Positions 9,082 to 19,600 of a DNA stretch of 64,000 nucleotides are shown piece after piece. The DNA is from Candidatus Poseidoniaceae archaeon (GTDB lineage: Archaea > Thermoplasmatota > Poseidoniia > Poseidoniales > Poseidoniaceae): the NCBI GenBank assembly GCA_943789275.1, contig CALSTM010000003.1, positions 515,935-579,934 on the forward strand, written 5' to 3'. Within the stretch, counting starts at the first letter, position 1. Each line of letters begins with the position of its first letter. The notes under the pieces were generated by a model. That model made no database searches and was not told where the DNA came from. It worked only from the letters and a program-made list of their open reading frames with translations. The translations under genes and the position numbers were made by a program.

Positions 9082-11634
9082 ATGAGTGCTCCACCAATTG
9101 TCAGCGGATTTACCCCCGCAGCGTTGGTGCCTTATCTTTTGGCTGCTGCTACGGCGTGGCTGTTCTGGACTCGGGTTGTTCCTCGTCAATTGCGAGGGCT
9201 TCAAGTGGCCTTTCAAACCGATGAGAAACGGTATGAGGTTCACCAAATCACTCGTACAACCAAAGATGCCCGAGAGTTGCTGAGTTCCCGTGGAATGGTT
9301 TTTGGTGTAGCATCGTACATTCTTGCTTTGGTTGGAGCCCTTCTGTTGTTCTTTGAATTCATCATGATTCGACTGGATTACTCCGAAGGATACCACACGC
9401 CTTCTCTCAGCATTGCACTGATTTTCATCGCTTTCCCCGCCCTTGTTGCTTCGGGAACATCGCTTGGAGCACAAGTCATCAAACCGATTGGGCAAGACCG
9501 AGCATCGTTGCAAGAATCCAGCATTTGGAGGAGTTATACATTCATCATGCTGACTTTACTGTGGGTCGGTCTCGTGGTTGCGCTGTATCTGTTGCTTGAC
9601 GTAGCTGATGTTCCTGCTTCCAGAAGGTTTAGCATTGCTGCCTTTGCTATGTTTTCTCCATCAATACTTGCCTACGGTCGCGTGCTCGGCTCTTCATGGC
9701 AGGCTTTGCGTCAATCGTCACGCAAAATTGCGAACGGTAAACCTTCACCGTTCCACAACCATGTTCCTAAGGCAAAACAACAAGCCATTGCTCAAATCGT
9801 TAATTTCAACCTTATCGTCATGCCATATGTGGCTTTGAACACACTTGTTTCACTGTTATTGTTGCTGTATGACCCCTCGATGCTTACGCATTCGGACCGG
9901 GTGCTTGAACTTCCTGAATACCGTGTTCAAACGACGTTTATGGAAGAAGGAGGCATTTTGGGATTTGCGTTGATTGAACTGTTCTCGTTCATTCCGCAAT
10001 CGGGAATACGGGTGCCTATTGTGTCGTTTATTCTCTTGTTTTTGCTGCTGAACGTTGCCATAATTGGGTTTTTGTTTGTTTACGAAGTCGCTCGTATTCT
10101 CTTTTTGGATGTTCAAGATGTATCGGGTAAAGGTGGCATCAAACTCGCTGACAGCCGGTTACTGCGAGCAGAACCAACCCAGCAAGCCAAAGTTCTCAAT
10201 TTCTGCTTTACTGGATTTGCCGGCCAATCGATGCTGCTGTTGGCTCTGGCCATGATCACTTTTTGGGACTCAAGTTTCCTACCACAAGGCGCAGCATGCG
10301 GCGAATGGGAGAACACAGTTTGTAAAGTCCTCGAAAAGGATTCACTCGAGGAATTAACATGGATGCTTGCGTCAGGAGGTCAAATTGCTTTCCTCACCAT
10401 CTGGGCCCGCTCTCGCCGCATTGGGTTGAAATTGGAAGACATTTCTTTTGACGCAGCAGTCGGAGAAAATCGAGAACGTCTTTCTGAGATGGCTGATTTG
10501 ATTTACCTTAAGCAAAAGCCGTTCACTGAATTGGTTGCGAAAGACGATTGGTCAAAAGCCATGGACCGTCTTGACAAAGTGACAGAAGGTCACGGCGAAC
10601 AATTGGAAGGCCTCAATCTTGCTCGAAAGACGGATGCTATGATGGAATTGTATGCGGGTCTCGGACGTTGGAATGAGGCTGAACAAGAAGCAGTATCCCT
10701 GCTTGCGTTGCGTGGTGGGCGAGAAGCACAGGTTGCTCGTTTGGTTTTGACCGCTGCTAGTTTGGCACAACGCGATTATGCTGAGGCGAAACCTCGACTC
10801 GTTCTTCTCAATGACGACGACATTGAATCTGCTCGTTTGCAATGGGCAGCGTCTTTGTTCAATCCTAAACATACGAAATTGGCCCCTGAACACAAGTCGC
10901 TCATCTCGATTGACTCCTTGATGAAGCGTAACATCGACCTGGTTGAACGCTACCGTACGGGCCAACCGAAAAGCCAACTCAAGTATCTCAATACTCCAGC
11001 AGGGCGTCTTTTCCTACTCGGAGACGTGGCTCGAATGCGCCTTGCCGGAATTCCGGACAAGGGATTGAACCTTATTGAGGCGTTCATGAAGGATTTTGAA
11101 ATTACCGATTGGACACACGGTGATGTTGTCCGGTCCTTGCTTCACATCGATGCTGGCCGAATCCACACCGGTATCCGAATGGCTGAGAAATTGGCGGATG
11201 AACACCCTCGGCACCCTCACGTTCGCAATTTGGTGGGAGAGTTGTCCCGTGGCGGGTACATGGAAATGTTGCCTTCGGAGGCTACACCCATCGAATGGCT
11301 CAACGATTCAGGGCTTAACTGGCTCGATGGATGGATGCGAAAGCACGTCGTGGCCCCTCCTCCAACCTTCGGAAAGAAATCTCTCATTCAACACGCTTGG
11401 ACTTCGAACGGCTGGTCGGCCATGGATGGTTCAGGTAGCCTTGTTGCTGCTTATGCAAAGAAGTCCAACGGTTGGAAAGGCCTTCAGAAAGTGTGGCCAA
11501 ACGGCCTTCCGATGTGCCTTCATCTTCACTTGACAGGTATTATCGTCACCATCTCCGGAATGCCTGTCGACCTTGGTTTCCCAGGAGCGCTTGATCTCAA
11601 GACCATCGACAAGAAACAACTTCTCGAACTTTAG
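9082..11634 (+). CDS. hypothetical polytopic membrane protein with a large C-terminal helical (TPR-like?) soluble domain
   Basis: About 8-10 TM helices in the first ~480 aa, then ~370 aa helical soluble region. No recognised catalytic motifs. Starts 10 nt after thrS. Confidence 0.5.
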   Translation: MSAPPIVSGFTPAALVPYLLAAATAWLFWTRVVPRQLRGLQVAFQTDEKRYEVHQITRTTKDARELLSSRGMVFGVASYILALVGALLLFFEFIMIRLDYSEGYHTPSLSIALIFIAFPALVASGTSLGAQVIKPIGQDRASLQESSIWRSYTFIMLTLLWVGLVVALYLLLDVADVPASRRFSIAAFAMFSPSILAYGRVLGSSWQALRQSSRKIANGKPSPFHNHVPKAKQQAIAQIVNFNLIVMPYVALNTLVSLLLLLYDPSMLTHSDRVLELPEYRVQTTFMEEGGILGFALIELFSFIPQSGIRVPIVSFILLFLLLNVAIIGFLFVYEVARILFLDVQDVSGKGGIKLADSRLLRAEPTQQAKVLNFCFTGFAGQSMLLLALAMITFWDSSFLPQGAACGEWENTVCKVLEKDSLEELTWMLASGGQIAFLTIWARSRRIGLKLEDISFDAAVGENRERLSEMADLIYLKQKPFTELVAKDDWSKAMDRLDKVTEGHGEQLEGLNLARKTDAMMELYAGLGRWNEAEQEAVSLLALRGGREAQVARLVLTAASLAQRDYAEAKPRLVLLNDDDIESARLQWAASLFNPKHTKLAPEHKSLISIDSLMKRNIDLVERYRTGQPKSQLKYLNTPAGRLFLLGDVARMRLAGIPDKGLNLIEAFMKDFEITDWTHGDVVRSLLHIDAGRIHTGIRMAEKLADEHPRHPHVRNLVGELSRGGYMEMLPSEATPIEWLNDSGLNWLDGWMRKHVVAPPPTFGKKSLIQHAWTSNGWSAMDGSGSLVAAYAKKSNGWKGLQKVWPNGLPMCLHLHLTGIIVTISGMPVDLGFPGALDLKTIDKKQLLEL

Positions 11635-13490
11635 ATAAGCCGACGTAGCCGTTCCATTGCGGTGTCTGCTTGCGATAATTGATTGAGGCAATCTTCGACT
11701 CGACCGACGGCGAGTGCTTCACCAGCCATTGCAATGGCTTGTTCACATGCCCTGCGATTTTCGTTTTCGATGGAGATGTTACTGGCGTCGCATTGGTTGC
11801 GAAGAGTGTGCCATTCTTCAACGACAAAGTCGTACAGTTCGAGTGCTTCCTCGGTCGCTTGACCTTCGTTATCCAAATCGGTTGTGATGGCGTCCAAAAG
11901 CGTGTTTGCACGGCTCCATTGTTTGGTATCCGCAGCATCTTCAACCGACTTCAGGCGCTTTTCCCATTCGTCCTTATCGTCACGGTCTTTGTATTGAGCA
12001 ACCAACTTTTTGCGTTGCTTGAGGCCTCGACGGACGTTGTCCATCGCTGTTCGCTCTGCTTCGATTGAACGTACCACACCGTCAGCTAAACCAATGGCTT
12101 GGCTTGGGCTTCCCGCTTCGATGGCTTGCTCAGCCCGTTCCAATCGCAGTTCCATTTCTTCGGTGTCAAGGCCGTCGGTTTGCTTGAGTTGCCGTGTTGC
12201 TTCTTTCAGGGATTCGAGCGCTCGACCTTGAGCGTCTTCATCGGCCAGTAACTGTTGAGGAATAACTGAGGCGAATTCATATGCTTCTCGTGGTGCTTCG
12301 TTCGCCATCTTCTTCTTCGCATCGGCGAGTAATTCCTTGAGGTGTTGGACGCTTTCAGCATCGTTGCCAGTGAGGAGTCGACCCGCTTCAGCAATGGATT
12401 GTTCTGCAACCCCCCACCATTCGATGATGTCGTTGGCCAACTTTTTCGATTGGCGGAACAGCATTTCGCCTTCTCGTAACGAACCGAGTTTCACTTCTCT
12501 GGCGCCCATGTCAAACGATTTACGGGGGCGCTTTACGGTTGGAGCAATGCTTTCCGCCTTTTGGATTGCCTCGAGGGCATCCGCCTGAATTATTTCCACA
12601 TCACCGCTCAATGACAGCGTTCTTTCGATGTCTTCTTCGGCTTCATCCAGCAGTTTCATGCCGTATTCAGGGTCAATATGCCCCTCTTCTTTGGCGGTCA
12701 TGATCAGGCTTGATGCTTGGTCGACGGCCGCCCCATCTGCCTTGAGTTGCAGCAATTGCGATTCGATGCCGTCCAGGCGCTTGGTGAATATTTTCCGCTG
12801 ACCTCGTTGTTCATCGCCCACGAACCAAATGTATCCGGTAACCACGACTGCAGACCCGAGTGCGGTGAGCGATGCCAACCACTCGTAGGTCATCGATTCA
12901 GGAATGTTTCCAACGAACAGGGAAAAAGCAGCAACACCGCCTAAGCCGGTCATGATGGCTCTCCATCGCAGGACATCCAAACCGCCTTGCAACACGTTCG
13001 CTGAAGTCTGGAAGCACGCATAGGCAACAACAACCAGTAGGCCACTGCCGATAAGAGCAGCGTAATCTTCAACGTTCAAGTGCTTAGCAGCAAGAATCAG
13101 GAGAACCGGCCAAGCAATACAGGCAAACGAACCGATTCGCGTTCTGGCTTTGGCGTCGTCCAAAACCGAGTCTTGCAGGATGAGACCGTAAGCGATGATG
13201 AGCAAAGGATAGCCGAGTCCTTCGAGCAACCCCTCATCGCCTTTGAGAGCGGATTGGAGATTTGGCCACATGAGCCATACAGCGCCAGACAGTATGACCA
13301 GCGAAGAAGCGGTTGTTAGCCGTTCAATGCTTTGTTTTCTGGATTGTCGAGCAGCATCTATTGCTGCATCTACATCCGCCCATGCATCGAGAGCCATAAC
13401 ACTGCTCGGTTGCATCACGGTCATAATCACTCCTATGTTTCGTCCATCACTTTGAAGTCCAAGTTCAACGTATTTGACGGGAATGTTCAT
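11631..13490 (-). CDS. hypothetical membrane protein with a long C-terminal coiled-coil region
   Basis: N-terminal ~230 aa with several TM helices, then ~390 aa Glu/Ala/Arg/Lys-rich heptad-like sequence. 4-bp convergent overlap with the 9082-11634 gene. Confidence 0.5.
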   Translation of the reverse strand: MNIPVKYVELGLQSDGRNIGVIMTVMQPSSVMALDAWADVDAAIDAARQSRKQSIERLTTASSLVILSGAVWLMWPNLQSALKGDEGLLEGLGYPLLIIAYGLILQDSVLDDAKARTRIGSFACIAWPVLLILAAKHLNVEDYAALIGSGLLVVVAYACFQTSANVLQGGLDVLRWRAIMTGLGGVAAFSLFVGNIPESMTYEWLASLTALGSAVVVTGYIWFVGDEQRGQRKIFTKRLDGIESQLLQLKADGAAVDQASSLIMTAKEEGHIDPEYGMKLLDEAEEDIERTLSLSGDVEIIQADALEAIQKAESIAPTVKRPRKSFDMGAREVKLGSLREGEMLFRQSKKLANDIIEWWGVAEQSIAEAGRLLTGNDAESVQHLKELLADAKKKMANEAPREAYEFASVIPQQLLADEDAQGRALESLKEATRQLKQTDGLDTEEMELRLERAEQAIEAGSPSQAIGLADGVVRSIEAERTAMDNVRRGLKQRKKLVAQYKDRDDKDEWEKRLKSVEDAADTKQWSRANTLLDAITTDLDNEGQATEEALELYDFVVEEWHTLRNQCDASNISIENENRRACEQAIAMAGEALAVGRVEDCLNQLSQADTAMERLRRLI

Positions 13491-13529
13491 GGGTGTCTTT
13501 GACCGCCTTTAGAGAAGGAAGGGAGTATT

Positions 13530-14480
13530 GTGGCTGGACTTATCACTATGGACGACTTAACAAACGAACAAATTCTTGAGATTTTAAGTGATGCTGAACG
13601 CCTGTTGCCTGTGGCCCGTGGCGAGTTGTATCTACCGCTCTTGAAAGGACGAATCCTAGGGAACTTGTTTTTCGAGCCAAGCACCCGTACCCGAATGTCG
13701 TTCGAGACGGCCATGAAGCGACTTGGTGGAGATGTTGTCAACTTGGGCGACGTCAAGACATCCTCTGTGGTCAAAGGTGAGACGCTGTTTGATACCATCC
13801 AAATGGTTGACGGTTACACCGACATCATCGCTATGCGTCATCCTCGTCAAGGTGCTGCCCAATACGCACAAGATGCAGCACAAGTCCCTATTCTCAACGG
13901 CGGCGACGGAGCCGGCCATCACCCGACTCAGACGATGCTCGACCTGTTCACAATCCAACAAGCCCACGGACGTCTTGACGGCCTCAAGGTCGTATTGGCT
14001 GGTGATTTGCGTTACGGCCGAACCGTTCATTCGCTTTCTCATGCTCTTGTTAGGTTTGGATGCGACCTTGTTTTCGCAAGCCCAGACTTGCTTCGAATGC
14101 CTGAAGAAATCGTTTCTGATTTGAGGGCGCACGGTGCAAACGTGGTGGAAACCGAAGACTTGTACGGTTCCATGGCGGAAGCTGATGTTGTCTACATGAC
14201 TCGAATCCAGAAGGAGCGCTTCGCTGATGAAGACGAATACGCTCGATGTGCGGGCGCTTACAAACTTCACGCTCGCCACCTTGCTGACATGAAGCAGGAC
14301 ATGATTGTCATGCATCCGCTGCCTCGTGTTGACGAAATCGACCCTTCGGTTGATGTCACGCGACACGCCCGTTATTTCGAACAAGCATTCAACGGTGTGG
14401 TTGCACGTATGGCTTTGCTGTGCCGCTTGCTCGGCGTGAAGGTTCCCGCAGATGTCCTTGCTGAAGGAGGTGCTCTTTGA
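13530..14480 (+). CDS. pyrB: aspartate carbamoyltransferase catalytic subunit
   Basis: STRTR motif (FFEPSTRTRMSFE), HPTQ and HPLPR motifs; 316 aa. Confidence 0.95.
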   Translation: MAGLITMDDLTNEQILEILSDAERLLPVARGELYLPLLKGRILGNLFFEPSTRTRMSFETAMKRLGGDVVNLGDVKTSSVVKGETLFDTIQMVDGYTDIIAMRHPRQGAAQYAQDAAQVPILNGGDGAGHHPTQTMLDLFTIQQAHGRLDGLKVVLAGDLRYGRTVHSLSHALVRFGCDLVFASPDLLRMPEEIVSDLRAHGANVVETEDLYGSMAEADVVYMTRIQKERFADEDEYARCAGAYKLHARHLADMKQDMIVMHPLPRVDEIDPSVDVTRHARYFEQAFNGVVARMALLCRLLGVKVPADVLAEGGAL

Positions 14481-14956
14481 TGTCGAACGAACACAGTATG
14501 CGACGTGTAACTGCAATTCGAAACGGTACGGTCATCGACCACATTCCATCGGGTCAAGCAATGCGTGTCTTGGAAATGCTCGGCATAGGTGGGGAAACTT
14601 CGGTTCCGATTTCGCTGGTCATGAACGTCCCGTCAAAGAAGATGGGCTCAAAAGACATCATCAAAGTCGAAGACCGAGAATTGACACAACCGGAACTTGA
14701 CCGTTTGGCTCTTGTTGCTCCTGATGCTCACGTTGCGATTATCCGTGCGTACTCGGTAGCAGAAAAACTCACCATCAACCTCGGCGAAGAAGTCGTCAAT
14801 GTCGTTCGATGCACCTTCTCGAATTGCATCACAACTAATCTTCGTGAACCTCAGCCGCACCGCTTGCGAGTTATTGAGCGAGATCCGCTTCAATTGCGCT
14901 GCCATTATTGCGGTCGCCCACAAGAGTTGGGAGAATTGGCGAACAACGTCCTATGA
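14477..14956 (+). CDS. pyrI: aspartate carbamoyltransferase regulatory subunit
   Basis: ATGA overlap with pyrB. C-terminal zinc-domain cysteines (CTFSNC...CHYCGR). 159 aa. Confidence 0.9.
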   Translation: MMSNEHSMRRVTAIRNGTVIDHIPSGQAMRVLEMLGIGGETSVPISLVMNVPSKKMGSKDIIKVEDRELTQPELDRLALVAPDAHVAIIRAYSVAEKLTINLGEEVVNVVRCTFSNCITTNLREPQPHRLRVIERDPLQLRCHYCGRPQELGELANNVL

Positions 14957-15958
14957 TTCGTCGTTCATCAGTTGACGCATGTCACACGCTTTGCATTGAA
15001 TGCCTGAAGTGAGTTCACCGCATGTTTGGCACGGCATTGGTGGTGCAGGACGAGCTTCTGAACCTCCCAATTCGATAACTTGGTCACGCAGCAACTTGAT
15101 GTTGTCAGCCATTCGAAGCAAACCGTGGCGAGTACCTGGGACATCTGCCTCCATTTGAGCGACCATTTCACGATGCCTCCAACGCAATGCTCCTTGTGCA
15201 TGTGGGCATTCTTCGTGGTGAAGAGGTAGGTCTCTGTGCAATGCATAGAGGTGGACTTCTTGTTCAGGTATCCAACGCAAGGGAACGATACGTGGCGCTA
15301 ATCCATCCACTGGAGTTGTTGTGTGCGGCGCGAGTCTGAGTGTGCGTTCAACATCACCGTTGGTCATGTTCATGAGAACGGTTTGAGCCATGTCATCGAG
15401 GTTATGTCCCAGGGCAACATAATCTGCGTTAACTCGCTTTGCCAAATGATTGATTCCTTGCCGACGGAATACGCCGCAATAGGAACACGGCATACGAGGG
15501 GCCTCTTTGTTGTCCTTGACAAGGCCGGGGATTTTACTCGCCACTTCATCCATTTCTTTGAAACTCAATTCGGGATAGGAGACGGTGATGAACTCTATTC
15601 CAAGCCGTTCGCACAATTCTTGGGCGCAGACCAGCGATGGAGGACGGTAGCCCTCTATGCCTTCATCGACGGTTCCGGCGATGATGGTGACGTCGGGACG
15701 TTGGCCGACTCGGTCGACCAAACTATCGAGCAATACGGCGGAATCCTTGCCACCGGAGATGGCGACAAAGATCACTGTGTTCTTGTCACGAGGTAAAATG
15801 AGTTGTTGGCGCAGTTCTTTGCCTATTTTTTTGCGAACTGATTTCGCCATGTGTTCGCTGCATAGAATACGCCCGGAGTAGGCTTGTTCAAGGATGGCTG
15901 GTTTGGAGCAACTGTCGCACTTTGGTACGGAAAACAGCGGTTCCCCCTCATGCGCCAT
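14951..15958 (-). CDS. tRNA 2-thiolation PP-loop ATPase, TtuA/NcsA family
   Basis: PP-loop SGGKDS, an N-terminal CxxC zinc finger (CDSC), a central CSYCGVFRR and a C-terminal CQTC...CKAC. Convergent 6-bp overlap with pyrI. Confidence 0.75.
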   Translation of the reverse strand: MAHEGEPLFSVPKCDSCSKPAILEQAYSGRILCSEHMAKSVRKKIGKELRQQLILPRDKNTVIFVAISGGKDSAVLLDSLVDRVGQRPDVTIIAGTVDEGIEGYRPPSLVCAQELCERLGIEFITVSYPELSFKEMDEVASKIPGLVKDNKEAPRMPCSYCGVFRRQGINHLAKRVNADYVALGHNLDDMAQTVLMNMTNGDVERTLRLAPHTTTPVDGLAPRIVPLRWIPEQEVHLYALHRDLPLHHEECPHAQGALRWRHREMVAQMEADVPGTRHGLLRMADNIKLLRDQVIELGGSEARPAPPMPCQTCGELTSGIQCKACDMRQLMNDES

Positions 15959-16134
15959 GGTACTTGGCGTGCACCTCTACGGTTTGAGTTCACCGCTTAC
16001 CATGACCTGATTCCTCACATTGAATCAAGAAGATGAAGTAAATATTTCAATTGCAATTTCGATTTTTCAATTGGAATAATAAACAAATTGCTGAGATATT
16101 ATGCCGATTTTCTCTGTATTTTGATACGAGATTA

Positions 16135-16181
16135 GGCGCGGAAAACAACCGAAGAAACGGTCTCCGCGTCGCCCTTTTTTG
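16135..16181 (+). promoter_or_regulatory. stem-loop (GGCGCGGA...TCCGCGTCGCC) followed by a T6 tract, in the AT-rich divergent intergenic region between ttuA-like and the Roadblock gene; a CCCCCTTTAGGGGG palindrome follows at 16219-16232
   Basis: Seen in sequence. The hairpin plus oligo-T resembles a terminator/attenuator on the + strand, ~70 nt upstream of the Roadblock ORF. Direct TTCAATTG repeats sit at 16050-16080. Confidence 0.25.
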
Positions 16182-16249
16182 AATCTCCAGTTGGAAAATC
16201 TATTTGGGTCTTCAAATCCCCCTTTAGGGGGATAAAAGCGCAAAAGTAC

Positions 16250-16627
16250 TTGAAGGCCACAGCACTGACCGATTGTTTGAGAACCATGCTGCAACGTGCA
16301 TTAGCCGGATTATGCCGCCTTGAAGGCGTCAATCATGCTATGCTTCTCGATGATTCAGGTCAACTCTTGGCCAGTGTTGGAGAGGAAGGTATTTTTGCAC
16401 CTGTTGACCAAGCCGTTGAGATGATGAGCGTCGCTCAAGAAACGGGCCATGCACTTGGCTTGGGTCAAGTGTATGAGGTCTGGTGCGAGAGTACTTCACG
16501 CATGGTTCTTGATGTGGTTGGACCGAATCGCATCATCGTACTCAGCGGAGACGGTGGTCGGTTAGCACGATGGCGACATGCGCTTGACCGCGACCGTCGA
16601 ATTTTAGCGACAACCCCACGAATGTGA
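16250..16627 (+). CDS. Roadblock/LC7 (MglB-like) domain protein
   Basis: About 120 aa with the typical Roadblock pattern (LEGVNHAMLLDDSGQLLASVGEEG ... IIVLSGDGGRLA). The track start is TTG; the first ATG is at ~16286. 4-bp overlap with the next gene. Confidence 0.7.
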   Translation: MKATALTDCLRTMLQRALAGLCRLEGVNHAMLLDDSGQLLASVGEEGIFAPVDQAVEMMSVAQETGHALGLGQVYEVWCESTSRMVLDVVGPNRIIVLSGDGGRLARWRHALDRDRRILATTPRM

Positions 16628-19600
16628 GTGATACCATGTTTAATCTACCCGAAGGAAAACCAATTGAAGGAACAATCAGCGTCGAAAGCGGTTCTATACA
16701 ACCGTTTGACCATGGTGTGATTAGCACCTGGGTTGGTCGACGAAAAACACCTGCTGGACACCGTTTGGTTCGTGCAGGTCGAATCGTTGCTTGGCTTGCT
16801 GAATCTGGTAAGGGCAAACTGTTGCTTGCAGGTAAGGAGGCTCGACTTCGTCTTGAAGACCTTGAATCCACGGAAAACAGCAGGTACATTGCTGGAGAGT
16901 ATTCACTTGCAGGACTCGGAAGCGTCGCTGAAGTTGTTCCTGAAGCGTTTGAGCACGCAGCAGACCGCCAGGGACTTCTTGCACGTGGCGATGCAGTCGT
17001 CCGACTTCTGTCACGAGATTTGTCAGCAGTTCTCCGAACAATGGTTGAACGAGAAACCGTTCGAGGAGCGATTGCCATCGATCAAGGTATGTTGATTGAC
17101 AGCATTGGTGAACTACCGAACGAAGCAGAAACCCTTGCCCGAGAAATCCATTCGACACTGGAAGCGATGAACATCAGTATTGTCGAAGACGACAGCATGA
17201 CCAGCGGTAGCCATTGGACCATGCACCACGAAGGTGGTTCACTTCTTTTGGCTCAAGCAGGAGATGTATCCTTGGGCGTTTGGACCGAAGCCAATACCAA
17301 TCATGCACGACTTATTTCGGCAGCAGCAGCCGTACTGGAAGGCGAACTCGGTGCAGTCGGTGCTTCTGGCGGGCCATTGCCTGAAGGTTTTGTTCTGCGT
17401 GAAGGTCGAGGCGGTCCTGATGCCATTCTTTCCATGTTAACTGCAGGAGTCAAAGAAGAAGTGACCGGTCACCTTCAATCCGGCCAATCATCGACCGCTG
17501 TATCGGTCCTTTTAGCTCGAGGTGTACCTGTTGGAATCTCTGCTCCCGAAGGCCAATCTTTGGAGGAAGCAATGCTCACCTTCACCGATTCATCCCGAAT
17601 CCTCAAACTTCACCGCTTACCTGCAGGAACCATTGTTTCCCGTGACTCGGGTACGGTTGATGAATTCCGACTCGACGATTTCCACGACCTTCTTGTCACC
17701 CTTCGAACACGTTCTGAAAGTCGTCGTGCCAATTTGAAGAGTAAACTCACCGATTTGTTTGGATTTGAAATCGGAATGGAACAACTGCGCAAGAACCGTT
17801 CCAGTGCGACCTTCCCTGAAACAGTAGAAGTGGTCAGTGGAGGATTGCCAGGCGACGCAACTCAACCCTTGGCAGTCGACGCCGGTTTGCGACGCCGATT
17901 GGAATCAGCAGAACACCTCATCAACGATTTGGAAAAAGAAAAAGCCGTCCTCACCAGCCGTCTTGAAGAGGCCCAATCTGGAAAGAAGGCTGCCCAAATC
18001 CTGGCCCGTGAAGCATCCGAATCACGACAAGAGTTCCTTACCAAAGTCGAATCCTCGAATTCTTCTCTCGACTCATTGCAATTGGATGTTGCAGAATCTC
18101 GTGCTGCGGCAGAACAGGCTGAAAACCGAGCAGAACGCCTTGTTAAGCGTGTGAATGAACTTGAACATCAGGTGAGCGTCCGTGCTGCTGAATTGGCTAA
18201 GGCTCTCGGCCATGCAGATTCAAGCGAAACTCTTCGTTCATCCATTGAGGAGTTGGCATTGAAAGAAGCACAACTCAACGGTGACCTCTTGGCAGGAAGT
18301 GAAAGATTGGCAACCATCCGTCAACAATCGGATGATGATGAACGCCGACTTCGAGTTCTTCAAGAACAAGTTGAGGCAACACGAGAGCGTCATACTCGAG
18401 CGCAAGCGGAAGCCATGATGATGGAAGACAAGATCCACTCGAATTCATCTGAATTGGAGGCCATCGAATCGGAAGCGAAAGCGGCCCGCCGCAGAGCAGA
18501 AGAGGATCGCAATCGCTTGGCTACCGACGAGGCACGTCAAGCACAAGTTCAGGCTGAACTTCGTGAATTGATGTCTGAGCGCCGTCAAACGCTACGTGAA
18601 TTGGGTGACCTTGGCGCTCGCAGAGGACATGCTGAGGCCGAACTTGTATCGCTTATCGAGCGTGCTGAAGCACTTTCGCAAGCGCATGAAGAGGCACTCT
18701 CTGATATTCAAGAAGCAGAACGCCTACGAGCAAGACTGGCTGAAGAGCCACTTGCTCAGGCACTGCTTGACGATGCCTCAACGTTCGATGGTCTTGGACC
18801 GGTGCTTGAACGGCTTGAGAATGCCAGAGCATTGGGTTACTCAGTTACACTGCTCGACCGTGCCGTCGAGCGTGGTTTGCAAGTGATTCAATCAACCGTG
18901 GACCATGTTGCGGCAACGCCACGGCATCTTCTTTCCAGTGAAGTCATGACGCTCCTTGAACGACAAGTTCCTCAAACCGCAGGTGCAGTTCGCGGACTCG
19001 CACGCTGGTCAGTTCAACAACGGCTCGAACATCAGTTGGGAGAAACAGTCGGCCATGTGGTTCTTGACCTTGAACATCTGCTGGAAGATTTCGACCGTTC
19101 CATCACGATGTTGCGTCGATTAAGAAATGTCCTTGAACAACTTGTTCGACTCGGAGCACCTCCACACGAAGTGGATGCATTGCTGAACAATTGCACACGG
19201 CCCGAAGCGCTACCAAGTATTGCACAAGCCACTCGTAAACTCATTCAAGTCGCTCTTGATGACATCTATTTGGAAGCGGACCAACGAGATGCAGGTGAAG
19301 CGATTGCCTTGGAAGACACCGCTCGTGTCCTTGAAGAACTGATTACCCAATTGGACGCTTCAGGACTCGCTGATGGCGTCCCAAGCGGTATGCTTTGGGA
19401 ATTCCAACGCGACGGCTTGTTGCCGTATGAACGCAATACAATCCCCGATGCTCAACGAACACCGGTCGAACAGGCGATGTTGAGCGATATGGAACCCTCA
19501 CTTGCCGGACAGGTTCCAGTTTCACTCGATGTTGTTGTCGAAACAGCTGAAGTTGATGAATCAGGTTGGGAGCAAATGCCTACACCTGTTGATGAAGATG

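Noticed and set aside
8812-9513. 233-aa minus-strand ORF spanning the thrS end and next gene start
   Set aside because: Overlaps two well-supported + strand genes (thrS C-terminus, membrane protein N-terminus). The translation is Ser/Arg/Gln-rich and not protein-like.
13656-14516. 286-aa ORF on the minus strand
   Set aside because: Entirely antisense to the clearly identified pyrB. No domain signature and a low-complexity Ser/Val-rich translation. An artefact of the long pyrB open frame.
16200-16235. tRNA-like T-arm motif GGGTCTTCAAATCCCCC
   Set aside because: No complementary stem for a T-arm and no acceptor/anticodon arms upstream. The CCCCCTTTAGGGGG part is a simple palindrome.
16542-17078. 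178-aa Arg/Ser-rich minus-strand ORF
   Set aside because: Antisense to the Roadblock genes and extremely biased (RS-rich), typical of the reverse frame of a GC-rich coding region.
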